Positions 21,062-31,487 of a DNA stretch of 64,000 nucleotides are shown here, piece by piece. Source of the stretch: Chlorobiota bacterium (GTDB lineage Bacteria; Bacteroidota; Bacteroidia; Bacteroidales; JAADJA01); assembly GCA_013151015.1 (NCBI GenBank), contig JAADJA010000056.1, forward strand, positions 1,524 through 65,523, written 5' to 3'. Under the pieces are notes generated by a model. It was not told where the DNA came from. It searched no databases and was given only the letters and a program-made list of their open reading frames with translations. Numbering within the stretch: the stretch's first letter is position 1; the number at the start of each line of letters is the position of its first letter. The position numbers and the translations under genes were made by a program.

Positions 21062-21289
21062 CTTTTTTTGTGTTTGTTTGTGCAAAGAAAAATGATATAA
21101 TTGAAGCAAACAAATTTATCTATTCATTTTGGAATTCCTACGCTTTTCATTTTGTTTTTCAATATTTAAAATCATTTCAAATTAGCAAGCCCTAAACCAA
21201 TTTGGAGTAGGGTTGATAAAATATGTTAAATATATTGGCCTTGCCATATTTATTGCCCTTAATACTTAAAAGCCAACCCTAAATTTAGT

Positions 21290-21297
21290 TAAATTTG
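21290..21297 (+). promoter_or_regulatory. Candidate -7 element (TAAATTTG) upstream of gldF
   Basis: It matches TAnnTTTG and lies 21 nt before the ATG. There is no clear -33 TTTG. Confidence 0.3.
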
Positions 21298-21317
21298 CCG
21301 TTCAAAATTTTGGATGC

Positions 21318-22052
21318 ATGTTCACACTTTTTAAAAAAGAAATAAGCAGTTTCTTGAATTCCCTTCTGGGATACATTGTAATTGCCGTTTTCTTGTTGGT
21401 CAATGGATTGTTTTTGTGGGTTTTCCCAATGGAATCCAACATTCTCGATTATGGCTATGCCAACATAGATGGGCTGTTTTTGATAGCCCCTTTTGTTTTC
21501 CTGTTCTTGATACCGGCCATTACCATGCGGTTTTTTGCCGAAGAAAAAAAGACCGGGACAATTGAATTGCTCATGACAAGGCCGCTCACCGATATTCAGG
21601 TTATTTTGGCAAAATACTTTGCAGCTTTATTGTTGGTCGTTATTTCACTGATCCCAACTTTCCTTTATTTTTTCTCGGTTTATCAGTTAGGCTTTCCTGT
21701 GGGCAACCTTGATGTTGGTGGCATTCTGGGTTCCTATGTTGGCTTGTTGTTCCTCGGGGCATCGTTTGTGGCCATTGGTTTGTTTGCTTCATCCATTACC
21801 GATAACCAGATTATCTCATTTATATTGGCGGTATTCCTGAGTGGCTTTGCTTATTTGGGGTTTGAGTTTATTTATGGACTTGATCTCTTTGGCAAGTTTG
21901 ATTTGTTTATCCAAACATTGGGGATAAGTGCCCATTATTCTTCCATGAGCCGTGGAGTGATCGATACGCGCGACCTTATTTATTTCGTGAGCCTGATAGC
22001 ATTTTTTGTTTTACTTACAAAAACATCCTTAGAATCCCGAAAATGGGGTTGA
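21318..22052 (+). CDS. gldF: Gliding-motility-associated ABC transporter permease GldF (ABC-2 type)
   Basis: 244 aa with six predicted TM segments. It lies immediately upstream of a GldG-like gene. Confidence 0.7.
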   Translation: MFTLFKKEISSFLNSLLGYIVIAVFLLVNGLFLWVFPMESNILDYGYANIDGLFLIAPFVFLFLIPAITMRFFAEEKKTGTIELLMTRPLTDIQVILAKYFAALLLVVISLIPTFLYFFSVYQLGFPVGNLDVGGILGSYVGLLFLGASFVAIGLFASSITDNQIISFILAVFLSGFAYLGFEFIYGLDLFGKFDLFIQTLGISAHYSSMSRGVIDTRDLIYFVSLIAFFVLLTKTSLESRKWG

Positions 22053-22067
22053 ACCAAATTCAGTTTT

Positions 22068-23816
22068 GTGAAAATGAATAAGAAGAACAAAAATATCAAA
22101 AAAGGAAACCTGGCCCAATTGCTTCTTGCCCTGGTCATTATTGTCCTTGTGAATATCATTGCTTCCTTTTGGTTTACCCGTTTCGACCTTACGGGCGAAA
22201 AACGTTATACCCTTTCCGAACCCACACAAAAAATCCTGAAAAACCTTGATGACATTGTCTATTTTGAAGTTTATCTCGATGGGGATTTCCCGGCAGGTTT
22301 TAAGCGCTTGAAAAGAGAGACCCGTGAGATGCTTGACCAGTTCCGAGCTTATTCCGATAATATCCAATACGAGTTTATAAACCCTTCGGAAGAAAAGGAT
22401 CCAAAAGAGCAAAATGAAGTTTACCGCCGTTTGATGGAAAGAGGGTTGCAGCCCACCGACCTTCAGGTGAAGACCGCCGATGGATCAAAACAACAGATTA
22501 TCTTTCCGGGGGCAATGGTGAGTTACAGGTCGAGGGAAATACCAATGGAACTGCTAAATTCCCAGATGGGCGTTTCGCCCGAAAATGTTTTGAACAATTC
22601 CATTCAGGACCTTGAATTCAACCTGGCCAATACCATTTGGAAATTGAGCGTGAAAAAAAGGGCAAAAGTGGCTTTTATTGGAGGACATGGTGAACTAAGC
22701 GTTCTTGAAACAGCGGATGCGGCTTATTCGCTGAGTGAATATTACAATATAAGCAGGATAAAAATTGACGGCAAACTCAACAGCCTTACCGAGCGAAAAG
22801 CAAGGGACTCGGCAAAAACCATCATCCAGAATAAATATGATGCCTTGATCATTGCCAAGCCCGATTCCATTTTCAGCGAAAAGGATAAATTTATCATTGA
22901 CCAGTTTATCATGCGCGGTGGCAAAGTAATGTGGTTGATAGACCCGGTTTTTGCCAGTATGGACAGTATCCAAAAATCGAGTGCCACGGTAGGGATCATC
23001 AACGACATTAACCTGGACGATCAGTTTTTTACCTATGGCTTTAGGGCAAACACAAATCTCGTTATGGACATCAATGCGCTTCCTATCCCTTTAAACACGG
23101 GGCAATTGGGAGGACAACCGCAATATGAGTTTTTCCCCTGGTATTATTTCCCTGTCCTTAACCCGGTTTTGGACAATCCCATTGTGAGGAACCTGAATGC
23201 CATCCGAACAGAGTTTATAAGCAGCATTGATACCTTGGCAAAAAAGGGGGCAAAGAAAACGATTTTGCTTACTTCGTCGAAATATGCCCGGACCGTCAAT
23301 ACCCCGGTAATCATCAGCCTCGATATTCTGCAAAAAGAGCCTGACCGGCGATTGTACAATAAACAAGATATACCTGTTGCTGTTTTATTGGAAGGAAAAT
23401 TTGAATCCTTGTTTAATAACCGCATACCGCCCGAAATCAGGGACGATCAAAGTATTGGGTTCGTTGGCGAAAGCCGTCCCACAAAAATGATTATCGTTGG
23501 TGACGGCGATATTATCAAGAACCAGGTGAACCGGACGGGCGAAAAACCTGTTCCCTTTCCATTGGGTTACGACCGATATACAAGAAAAACTTTTGGCAAT
23601 AAGGATTTTATTTTGAATGCCATGAATTACCTGATAGATGAAAGCAATTTGATAACAATCCGGTCGAGGGATGTGAAATTGCGCTTATTGGACAAAACAA
23701 AGGTGAACGACAACAGGCTTTATTGGCAACTGCTGAACACGGTTTTGCCCGTGGTGTTGGTTTTTATCTTTGGGTTTATCATGTTTGCAATAAGGAAAAG
23801 GAAGTATTCAAGATAA
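22068..23816 (+). CDS. gldG: Gliding-associated ABC transporter component GldG
   Basis: 582 aa with N- and C-terminal membrane anchors around a large periplasmic domain. It begins FDLTGEKRYTLSEPTQKIL, typical of GldG and ABC-type uncharacterised transport auxiliary proteins. Confidence 0.7.
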   Translation: MKMNKKNKNIKKGNLAQLLLALVIIVLVNIIASFWFTRFDLTGEKRYTLSEPTQKILKNLDDIVYFEVYLDGDFPAGFKRLKRETREMLDQFRAYSDNIQYEFINPSEEKDPKEQNEVYRRLMERGLQPTDLQVKTADGSKQQIIFPGAMVSYRSREIPMELLNSQMGVSPENVLNNSIQDLEFNLANTIWKLSVKKRAKVAFIGGHGELSVLETADAAYSLSEYYNISRIKIDGKLNSLTERKARDSAKTIIQNKYDALIIAKPDSIFSEKDKFIIDQFIMRGGKVMWLIDPVFASMDSIQKSSATVGIINDINLDDQFFTYGFRANTNLVMDINALPIPLNTGQLGGQPQYEFFPWYYFPVLNPVLDNPIVRNLNAIRTEFISSIDTLAKKGAKKTILLTSSKYARTVNTPVIISLDILQKEPDRRLYNKQDIPVAVLLEGKFESLFNNRIPPEIRDDQSIGFVGESRPTKMIIVGDGDIIKNQVNRTGEKPVPFPLGYDRYTRKTFGNKDFILNAMNYLIDESNLITIRSRDVKLRLLDKTKVNDNRLYWQLLNTVLPVVLVFIFGFIMFAIRKRKYSR

Positions 23817-23886
23817 TAATTGCTGCAACCCTGGAGTTTCAATGAACAGCTTTTAAACTTATAACAATTAATTTTTTAATTCTCCA

Positions 23887-24957
23887 ATGAAAAAAAACAA
23901 ATATATCCTGATAACGGTAATTGTACTGGCCATAATAGCGGCTTTCCTTCTATTCTCAAAATCAAGTGGGACAATAAGCAAGGAGATGATGGACTTTGCG
24001 GTGAAAGATACCGCAAGCATTACAAAGGTTTTTCTGGTAGATAAAAAGAACAAGAGCATTCTGCTGGAAAAGAAAAGCCCGGGCGACTGGCTCCTGAACG
24101 GGAAATACACGACCAGCAGCGCAGTGGTCAATATGCTGTTGGAGACCATGACACGGATTGTTCCCAAGACACCCGTGCCCAAAGCGGCCCATGATAATGT
24201 GGTAAAGCAACTGGCTGCGGCTTCAGTTAAAGTGGAGGTTTACAGGGAAGTTTACCGGATTGACCTGTTCGGCTTAAAGTTGTTCCCCCATGAAAAACTG
24301 ACCAAGACCTATTTTGTGGGAAATGCCACTGCCGACAATATGGGGACGCTTATGCTGATGAAAGGCGCTTCCATCCCATTTGTGGTTCATATCCGGAATT
24401 TCAGGGGCTTTGTGGGCCCAAGGTATTCCACCATCGAAAACGACTACCGTAACCATATGGTGTTCCACACCAAGCTGTCCGATATCAAATCCATTACCAT
24501 GGAAGTGCCCGATGCCCCCAATCAATCATTTAAGGTGGAGAACGACAATAAATCGCCCAAACTTTATGCCTATCCCGAAGGGAAACTTATTGCCGGTTAC
24601 GATACATTGAAATTATTGAACTTTATGCTTTCGTTTGAGGATTTGCGCTATGAGGCTATCCTTAACCAGGATGTAACGCAGCACCGGATAGATTCCGTCA
24701 GGAATTCAACACCGAAATTCATCCTCACCCTGGAGGATACAAATAACGGGACCACTCAGTTGAAAGCCTTTTACAGGCCCAATGACGAACAAAAGTATGA
24801 TGATGCGACCGGGAAATTATATGTCCACGATTTGGACCGGCTTTATGCTTTTGTAAACGATGGCGATGATTTCCTGATGATACAATACTTTGTATTTGGA
24901 CCGGTATTGCTCCAAAGGAGCGATTTTGAGATTGAAGGAAAAGCAGGTGTCAATTGA
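23887..24957 (+). CDS. DUF4340-like membrane-anchored protein
   Basis: It has an N-terminal TM anchor. Its position directly after gldG is where DUF4340 proteins usually occur. Confidence 0.45.
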   Translation: MKKNKYILITVIVLAIIAAFLLFSKSSGTISKEMMDFAVKDTASITKVFLVDKKNKSILLEKKSPGDWLLNGKYTTSSAVVNMLLETMTRIVPKTPVPKAAHDNVVKQLAAASVKVEVYREVYRIDLFGLKLFPHEKLTKTYFVGNATADNMGTLMLMKGASIPFVVHIRNFRGFVGPRYSTIENDYRNHMVFHTKLSDIKSITMEVPDAPNQSFKVENDNKSPKLYAYPEGKLIAGYDTLKLLNFMLSFEDLRYEAILNQDVTQHRIDSVRNSTPKFILTLEDTNNGTTQLKAFYRPNDEQKYDDATGKLYVHDLDRLYAFVNDGDDFLMIQYFVFGPVLLQRSDFEIEGKAGVN

Positions 24958-24963
24958 ACTGTC

Positions 24964-25716
24964 CTATTCCTTGATTATTTTTTTGGTGATTGCCCCTTTT
25001 CCTGATGTGATCTTAATCAAATAGACCCCTTTCGGATTATCTGAAATATCAATTTGTATTGAATTTCCCTTATAAATCAAATCACCCACAAGGTTTCTTA
25101 TTTCTACCTCCTTGATTTCATCACCTGAAATTTTAAATTTCCCAGAGGTGGGATTTGGGAAAATGGTAAAAATATCTTTATTGGCTTTGCCTGAAATGCC
25201 CGTAACAAAAGGATCAGGTTGCCATTCAACCGAAATACCTGCAAAGCTCGGAACATTGGAAGGGGCAAGGCTTTCCGGTTCCGGCCCTTTTGTAAATGTG
25301 AAATTGGAAAAATTGCCGGTGGCATTCTTGTCCGTGAGTTCCATCCAGACTTTGTAAGTCCCATCGGCAACAGGGTTGCCTTCAAAATCGGTGGCATCCC
25401 AGGCACATGTCCGTGTTCCGTGACTGGTACGGGTTGGGCCTGAAATGGCATCCACGATGTTGAACGGGCTTCCGGCCTCGGTAGTTGTGGCCTGCCATGT
25501 GTTCAGATGGGTTTTTCTTTGTTGTGCATAGGCAAGCAGGGTCTTTATAAAATTTCCTGCATCATCTTCAACCCAGATGGCCACTATATTCTTTGGTGCA
25601 AAATTTCCGCCCGTTGAACTGGTTGTGGTTGTAACGGTCAGCTCACCCGATGTTTGGGCGTTCAATGCAATTCCACAAAGAAATACAAATAAGAAAGTCA
25701 TGTAATTTTTTTTCAT
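24964..25716 (-). CDS. Secreted protein with a T9SS C-terminal sorting domain (N-domain DUF2271-like)
   Basis: It has a signal peptide. The block NIVAIWVEDDAGNFIKTL resembles DUF2271. The C-terminus (FTIFPNPTSGKFKI...GVYLIKITSGKGAITKKIIKE) is a typical T9SS CTD. Confidence 0.6.
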   Translation of the reverse strand: MKKNYMTFLFVFLCGIALNAQTSGELTVTTTTSSTGGNFAPKNIVAIWVEDDAGNFIKTLLAYAQQRKTHLNTWQATTTEAGSPFNIVDAISGPTRTSHGTRTCAWDATDFEGNPVADGTYKVWMELTDKNATGNFSNFTFTKGPEPESLAPSNVPSFAGISVEWQPDPFVTGISGKANKDIFTIFPNPTSGKFKISGDEIKEVEIRNLVGDLIYKGNSIQIDISDNPKGVYLIKITSGKGAITKKIIKE

Positions 25717-25796
25717 AATCCTGATTTTAATTCGATTGAGTATTTAATAAAGCGCAAACTTAGAAAAATCCCAAATGAAAAACGACTGGAATGATT

Positions 25797-26339
25797 CTAA
25801 ATTGATTGGCTTTTATTTTGGAGTTTTTTAATTTCTTTGTCAAAATCAGAAATGTAGTTTTTGTCCTGTATTATCCTGAATTTATCGTATTCGGTTTCAG
25901 CCTTTAGTTTAGCTTCCAGGGCTGTGATTTTGCTGATTTGTTTGAACCTTTCATCGTCCATAGCAAAGCCCTTGATGATGTATTCGTGCAGGATTTCCGT
26001 TGCCCATTTCCTGAATTCCGTTGCCCGGTGCGAATTCACACGGTAACCGATGGCCGTAATTGCCCTAAGGTTATAATATTTAGTGTTGTATAATTTGCCA
26101 TCTTTGGCAGTATGTCGGAAATACCGACATACTGAATTTTCATCGAGTTCACCTTCTCCGAAAATGTTATTTAAGTGTTCAGATATTGTGCTTCTCCCTT
26201 TCTCAAAAAGCTCTGCCATTTTCTTTTGGGTAAGCCACAATGTGTCATTTTGAAAAAAGACATCAATGTTTACTTTGCCTGTTGATGTTTGGAAAACAAC
26301 AAAGTTTGAAAATTTTTCTAATTGTTGGTTCTCTTTCAT
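25797..26339 (-). CDS. RhuM-family protein, short form
   Basis: It contains LWLTQKKMAELFEKGRSTISEHLNNIF and YYNLRAITAIGYRVNSHRATEFRKWATEILHEYIIKGF, which are characteristic of RhuM. It is only 180 aa. Confidence 0.7.
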   Translation of the reverse strand: MKENQQLEKFSNFVVFQTSTGKVNIDVFFQNDTLWLTQKKMAELFEKGRSTISEHLNNIFGEGELDENSVCRYFRHTAKDGKLYNTKYYNLRAITAIGYRVNSHRATEFRKWATEILHEYIIKGFAMDDERFKQISKITALEAKLKAETEYDKFRIIQDKNYISDFDKEIKKLQNKSQSI

Positions 26340-26421
26340 AGTCCCATTATCCTAAACGATGGTCAAAAATACAATTTTCATTTCATAATGTAAGAAAGCA
26401 AAGGGTCAAATTTTGTATAAA

Positions 26422-28914
26422 CTATACCGGATCCACGTCCACCGAAACCCTGATAGATTTAAATGCCGCTTGTCCCCTGAAGGTATCAATGGTTTTTGAA
26501 ATTTGGGTTTTGTGTTTTTTCAGCTCCGGTTTTTCCAGTTTGATCAGGATGTTTTTAAGGTAGAGGTTGCGGATGCGTGAGATCATTGGGTATTCGGGGC
26601 CAAGTATCCTGTTGCCGAGGATTTGCCGAAGCATAATGGCCAGTTCCCTGGCGGCCTCATTGAGGATGCGGGGGTCTTTGTGTTTCAACTGCAATTGGAT
26701 AAGGCGGTAAAAGGGCGGGTATTTGAAATTGCGCCTTTCCAGTATCTGGCTGTTGTACATGGCAAGGTAATCATGGTCGATCACGTTACGGATCACGGAG
26801 TGGTAGGGGTTGAAAGTCTGGATAATCACCTTTCCCCTTTTGCTTTTCCGGCCCGCTCTTCCGCTTACCTGCGACATTAACTGGAAACTGCGCTCAAAAG
26901 AACGGAAATCGGGGAAACTTATAAGGCTGTCCGCATTCAATATCCCCACGATGCTCACATTGTCAAAGTCCAGGCCCTTGGTCACCATTTGCGTCCCCAC
27001 AAGGATGTCGATCCTCCCCTCTTCAAAATCGGTAATGATGTTTTGGTAGGCGTTTTTCGAGCGGGTCGTGTCCAAATCCATCCGCCTTATTTTTGCATCG
27101 GGATAAAGAATACTTAGGTCATCTTCGATTTTTTCGGTACCAAAACCCTTCATGTGCAAATGGGTGCTGCCACAGGAATCGCACCTTTCCGGTACACGGC
27201 GCGAATATCCACAGTAGTGGCATTTCAATTGGTTGAATTGTTTGTGGTAAATGAGCGTTACATCGCAATTTTTGCATTCCGGCATCCAGTGGCAGGTGTC
27301 ACATTCCAAACGCAAAGAAAACCCACGCCGGTTCTGGAACAAGATTACCTGCTCTTTTTCCTTGAGGGCATCATTGATATGTTCCAGCAGAAAGGAGGAA
27401 AGATGGGATTTCATGGTACGTTGCCGTGTTTCCTTTTTCAGGTCGGCCACAAAAATCTCGGGCATCAAAACATCACCGTAACGATTGTGAAGGTTTACCA
27501 GGGCGTACTTCCCGGTTTTTGTATTGTAATAACTTTCCAGAGATGGGGTGGCAGAACCTAACAGGATAGGGGCATTGTGCATTTTGGCCAAAACGACAGC
27601 CGCATCACGGGCGTTATAGCGGGGAGCCGGATTATATTGTTTGTACGATTGATCGTGTTCCTCGTCCACGATTATCAAACCCAGATTGCTGAAAGGGAGG
27701 AAAAGGGCAGAGCGGGGGCCAAGGATGACCTTGAAATTGGAAGTCTCCAAATCATCGGCCCCAGGATTTAGTACATTGTTCCAGATTTCGAGCCGCTCGT
27801 TTTCATTGTATTTTGAATGATAAACGCCCACACGGTTGCCAAAATATTTCCTCAGACGGTTGATGATTTGTGTGGTGAGGGCAATTTCGGGCAGGAGGTA
27901 CAAAACCTGCTTTCCCTTTTGTAGGGCCTCCTCGATGAGTTTGATGTAAACCTCTGTTTTGCCACTGGAAGTCACGCCGTGAAACAAAGCCACTTCTTTT
28001 TCTGCCAAACCTTCCTGTATTTCTTTGAGGGCAAGGGATTGGGTTTCGCTTAGGTCGATGTTTTCGGGTTGCGAGCTGGCTTCAAAATCTTCCAAACGAC
28101 TGATTGTTTCCTTATAAACTTCAAACACCTCTTTTTTGACAAGTGAATTGATGGCAGAATTGGATTTCTCTATTTTTATGGTCAAATCCTTTTTCCTTAC
28201 TTTCTTTTCATTTTCCCTGCCAAAACCGGAGAGCTGGATATAAGCCATCAGTGTTTCCATTTGTTTGTAAGCCCGCTTTTCCAGTTGGTCGAACAGTTCC
28301 GCCAGCTTTTTTTCATCCCTGTATCCGGACGTTAAGCGGATATAGGTTTCAATTTTGGGCTTGTATTTTTCCTTTAGTTCCTCCTCCATCAACACCAGCC
28401 TTTTTTCGATGAGGGTTTTGATAAGAGGGATTACTTTTTTCTGTTCAACTATGTTCTCGACTTCGGTAAGGGTCAATTGTTTCTGTATGTCAAGGGCTTC
28501 GGCAACAAGATATTCCTTTTCGCCCAGGGCATCGTAATCGCCCTCAAAATCGGGGTTCATAACAATCTTTGATTCGCTTGCCAACTTTAGTGCCGAAGGG
28601 ATGGCCACGTTCATAACCTCTCCCGGTTCGCTCATATAGTAATCCGCTATCCATTTCCAGAAACCGTACTGGAGGTTGTTCATCACCGGTTTTTGGTCGA
28701 GGATGGAAAGGATGTATTTCACGGAATAATTTGGCGGGGGCGTTTCATGGATATTGACAACAATGGCCGTGTAAATTTTCTTTTTCCCAAATTGCACTAC
28801 CACCCGTTTCCATTTCCCGATGGATGCGTTCATTTCATATGGAACACGGTAAGTAAACAAACCGGGGACAGGCAGCGGAAGAATGACTTCGACAAAATAG
28901 GTTGTGCGTTCCAT
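26422..28914 (-). CDS. priA: Primosomal protein N' (replication restart helicase PriA)
   Basis: It has Walker A (GVTSSGKTEVY) and a DEAH-like box (IIVDEEHD). A Cys-rich zinc cluster is present (CDTCHWMPECKNCDV...CHYCGY...CDSCGS). Confidence 0.9.
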   Translation of the reverse strand: MERTTYFVEVILPLPVPGLFTYRVPYEMNASIGKWKRVVVQFGKKKIYTAIVVNIHETPPPNYSVKYILSILDQKPVMNNLQYGFWKWIADYYMSEPGEVMNVAIPSALKLASESKIVMNPDFEGDYDALGEKEYLVAEALDIQKQLTLTEVENIVEQKKVIPLIKTLIEKRLVLMEEELKEKYKPKIETYIRLTSGYRDEKKLAELFDQLEKRAYKQMETLMAYIQLSGFGRENEKKVRKKDLTIKIEKSNSAINSLVKKEVFEVYKETISRLEDFEASSQPENIDLSETQSLALKEIQEGLAEKEVALFHGVTSSGKTEVYIKLIEEALQKGKQVLYLLPEIALTTQIINRLRKYFGNRVGVYHSKYNENERLEIWNNVLNPGADDLETSNFKVILGPRSALFLPFSNLGLIIVDEEHDQSYKQYNPAPRYNARDAAVVLAKMHNAPILLGSATPSLESYYNTKTGKYALVNLHNRYGDVLMPEIFVADLKKETRQRTMKSHLSSFLLEHINDALKEKEQVILFQNRRGFSLRLECDTCHWMPECKNCDVTLIYHKQFNQLKCHYCGYSRRVPERCDSCGSTHLHMKGFGTEKIEDDLSILYPDAKIRRMDLDTTRSKNAYQNIITDFEEGRIDILVGTQMVTKGLDFDNVSIVGILNADSLISFPDFRSFERSFQLMSQVSGRAGRKSKRGKVIIQTFNPYHSVIRNVIDHDYLAMYNSQILERRNFKYPPFYRLIQLQLKHKDPRILNEAARELAIMLRQILGNRILGPEYPMISRIRNLYLKNILIKLEKPELKKHKTQISKTIDTFRGQAAFKSIRVSVDVDPV

Positions 28915-28980
28915 TTCGGGGTCTAATTGTTTTTTGGATATTGCGAAAGTTTATTTTTGATATTATTTTTCATCTTCACT

Positions 28981-30420
28981 TTATCCTTCAATTTTTTTTG
29001 AACTTTCAAAGTCCTTTTTGTATTTTTCATCAATTTCCCAATATCCTCCTTTATTGGGGCCAATACGTTTTAATATCCCTTCTTTTTTAAGTTTTGAAAT
29101 TTGCCATTCAATTCCCTTTAGGGAAATTCCTATGATTGTGGCGATTTCAGGTTTCGTAATCGAAGGATTGATGAGGATATGTTTTAAGATGCGGTCTTTG
29201 GTTTTTTCTATTTCTCCCCTAGTTTCCCCCCTAGTTTCTCCCCTAGTTTCTAAATCAACCACCGTAGAAAAAAACTCATCGTCAATAAATTCCACCTGGG
29301 CATTCTTTTTAAACAAAGGCAGGTATTTGTAAACGTTTTTCATGCCAGAGCCAATTTCTTCCACACGTCCCATTTGAAGCATGAATTTGCTTATTGTAGG
29401 GTTCTTAGCATAAGGTGTGAAGTTTTCAGGGTCGATTATTCCATGTTGTCTTGGGTTGTTTGGGTTTTTGAAAACAATTTTTTCCTTAAAAATCGTAATA
29501 ACCGCTGGACTTGCAGATAGGTACTCCCGATGTGCGATAATGTTGGCAATTAGCTCCCTGAAAATCTTGCCCCTTAAACTTATCCGTATGATTCCGTCAA
29601 GATAAAATGGGTCATTTATGTGTTTCTCAATAAATCCCATTAGCAAATCATAAGCATCAAGAAGGTTTGTTCTCACGGTTAACCTGTCATCATAATGGTC
29701 GATATTGAATTTTTTGACAAGTGCATCAAATTTATAGGCAGGAACAATTGAATGGATTAACTCATCAGTCCCGAAAAACAAAACAGCAGCTAAAGTATAT
29801 CCTTCTGTGCCTTTATGGGATTTCTTATAAAAACCGCTCCTTTCCAGAAAAGCTTTGTAATCAAGCTTAATCCAAGGGTGACTGTTATTGTTGTTTTCTA
29901 TCAGGGCTTTTGCCCGTTTGATTAAATTAATATTAAAATCTTCAAACTTAATATAAGGGTAAACAGTTTGCTCGCTAAAGTATCCTTTTTTCCTGTTAAC
30001 GATTTCTGCGATTTTTTCAATCTGCATAACTTTATAGTCCCCATCTTCATTCCTGATATACACCTCATTGTTGGTTTTGTGTACCATCGAACTTTCAGGG
30101 ACTTTAATAAATAAGATTAGTTTTCCTTTTATGTTAATTTCCTCAGCACCAAGCATAAAAACAGGACTTAGCTTTTGCGTGTTGTTCGAAAGGTTTGCAA
30201 TATCTTTTTTGAGTCTTGAGATGGCATCTTTATTTATACCGGTAATTTTCCCATCATCGGAAACACCAAGTATTATATCCCCACCTTCTGTGTTCAGGAA
30301 CGCACAAACAGTCTCAAAGAGATTGTTTGGTAGTTTGATGGAACTTTCCTTAAACTCAAGGTTCTTACCTTCGCCCTGTGCTATTAAGCCTGTTATTTGT
30401 TGTATCTCCATTTTTTGCAA
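28981..30420 (-). CDS. AlbA_2 (Schlafen-like, AAA_4) plus HATPase_c_4-like plus C-terminal winged-HTH protein
   Basis: The N-terminus (EGKNLEFKESSIKLPNNLFETVCAFLNTEGGDIILGVSDDGKITGI) fits AlbA_2. IANIIAHREY fits the RecG-C/HATPase_c_4-like part. The C-terminal HTH is PSITKPEIATIIGISLKGIEWQISKLKKEGILKRIG. Confidence 0.7.
   Translation of the reverse strand: MQKMEIQQITGLIAQGEGKNLEFKESSIKLPNNLFETVCAFLNTEGGDIILGVSDDGKITGINKDAISRLKKDIANLSNNTQKLSPVFMLGAEEINIKGKLILFIKVPESSMVHKTNNEVYIRNEDGDYKVMQIEKIAEIVNRKKGYFSEQTVYPYIKFEDFNINLIKRAKALIENNNNSHPWIKLDYKAFLERSGFYKKSHKGTEGYTLAAVLFFGTDELIHSIVPAYKFDALVKKFNIDHYDDRLTVRTNLLDAYDLLMGFIEKHINDPFYLDGIIRISLRGKIFRELIANIIAHREYLSASPAVITIFKEKIVFKNPNNPRQHGIIDPENFTPYAKNPTISKFMLQMGRVEEIGSGMKNVYKYLPLFKKNAQVEFIDDEFFSTVVDLETRGETRGETRGEIEKTKDRILKHILINPSITKPEIATIIGISLKGIEWQISKLKKEGILKRIGPNKGGYWEIDEKYKKDFESSKKIEG
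29213..29248. repeat. Three tandem 12-bp units inside the CDS, encoding (ETRG)3
   Basis: The units are tctcccctagtt, tcccccctagtt and tctcccctagtt. On the minus strand they translate as ETRGETRGETRGE, in the linker before the HTH. Confidence 0.85.
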
Positions 30421-30459
30421 AACAAATTATTCGTATTGCTTTTTAAGTATCTTGTTGCC

Positions 30460-31440
30460 TTACGTAGAAAGTATCCTCGCAATGTCCAGCAATTCCTGCT
30501 TGATCCCTTTGTGGTGCTTAATGGCTTTTTCGAACGAAGTGTAAGCGATTTCCCGGTTCAACAATCCGACCATTTCGCCACGTCGGCCTTCCAGAAGTGC
30601 CGTAACTGCCCCGTAGCCAAGGGTGCTGGCCAAAATCCTGTCGGTTGCCGTGGGCGAACCACCTCGTTGCAAATGCCCGAGTATGGTCACACGTGTGTCG
30701 TATTGGTCATATTTCTCTTTCACTTTCCGGGCAATCTCGAAAGCACCTCCGGCATCGTCCCCTTCGGCAACGATAATGATCCCTGACTTTTTATTGTGCC
30801 GAAAGCCTTTTTCCAGTATTTCGACCAGCTCATCAATATAGGTGACAGTTTCAGGTACGAGAATGTCTTCGGCCCCGGTGGCAATTCCGCTGCGAAGGGC
30901 AATAAACCCGGCATCACGTCCCATGACCTCGATAAAGAAAAGACGGTTGTGGGAAGCGGCCGTATCACGGATTTTGTCAACGGCTTGCATGACCGTGTTC
31001 ACGGCCGTGTCGTAACCAATGGTCAGGTCGGTTCCGTAAAGGTCGTTGTCAATTGTACCTGGTGCGCCCATAATCGGGAAGTCATATTCATTGATAAAAA
31101 CATTGGCCCCGGTAAAAGTGCCGTTTCCCCCAATAACGACAAGGGCATCCAGCCCATGCATCTTTAAATGCTCATAAGCTTTTTGCCGTCCGGCTTCTTC
31201 CATGAAATCCATGCTGCGGGCAGTTTTTAAAATGGTGCCGCCCCTCTGGATGATATTTGATACGGAATGGGTTTTTAAGTGGATGAATTCGTTTCTTATC
31301 AATCCGTTATAACCGTCCATGATCCCGTAAACCTCCAGGCCATGGTAGATTCCTGTGCGTACAACAGCACGTATTGCAGCGTTCATCCCTGGGGAATCGC
31401 CACCCGAGGTAAGTACACCAATTTTTTTTATTTTGTCCAT
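30460..31440 (-). CDS. pfkA: ATP-dependent 6-phosphofructokinase
   Basis: It contains GVLTSGGDSPGMNAAIRAVV, GAPGTIDNDL and VMGRDAGFIAL. Confidence 0.9.
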   Translation of the reverse strand: MDKIKKIGVLTSGGDSPGMNAAIRAVVRTGIYHGLEVYGIMDGYNGLIRNEFIHLKTHSVSNIIQRGGTILKTARSMDFMEEAGRQKAYEHLKMHGLDALVVIGGNGTFTGANVFINEYDFPIMGAPGTIDNDLYGTDLTIGYDTAVNTVMQAVDKIRDTAASHNRLFFIEVMGRDAGFIALRSGIATGAEDILVPETVTYIDELVEILEKGFRHNKKSGIIIVAEGDDAGGAFEIARKVKEKYDQYDTRVTILGHLQRGGSPTATDRILASTLGYGAVTALLEGRRGEMVGLLNREIAYTSFEKAIKHHKGIKQELLDIARILST

Positions 31441-31487
31441 TGTTTGTGTTTTTGTTCCCCCCCTGAAGGGCTGGGCAACTCATTATT
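31438..31487. repeat. Direct repeat copy A (pfkA start codon plus leader)
   Basis: The sequence cat-tgtttgtgtttttgttccccccctgaagggctgggcaactcattat aligns with 32512-32563 at roughly 85 percent identity with small indels. Confidence 0.8.
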
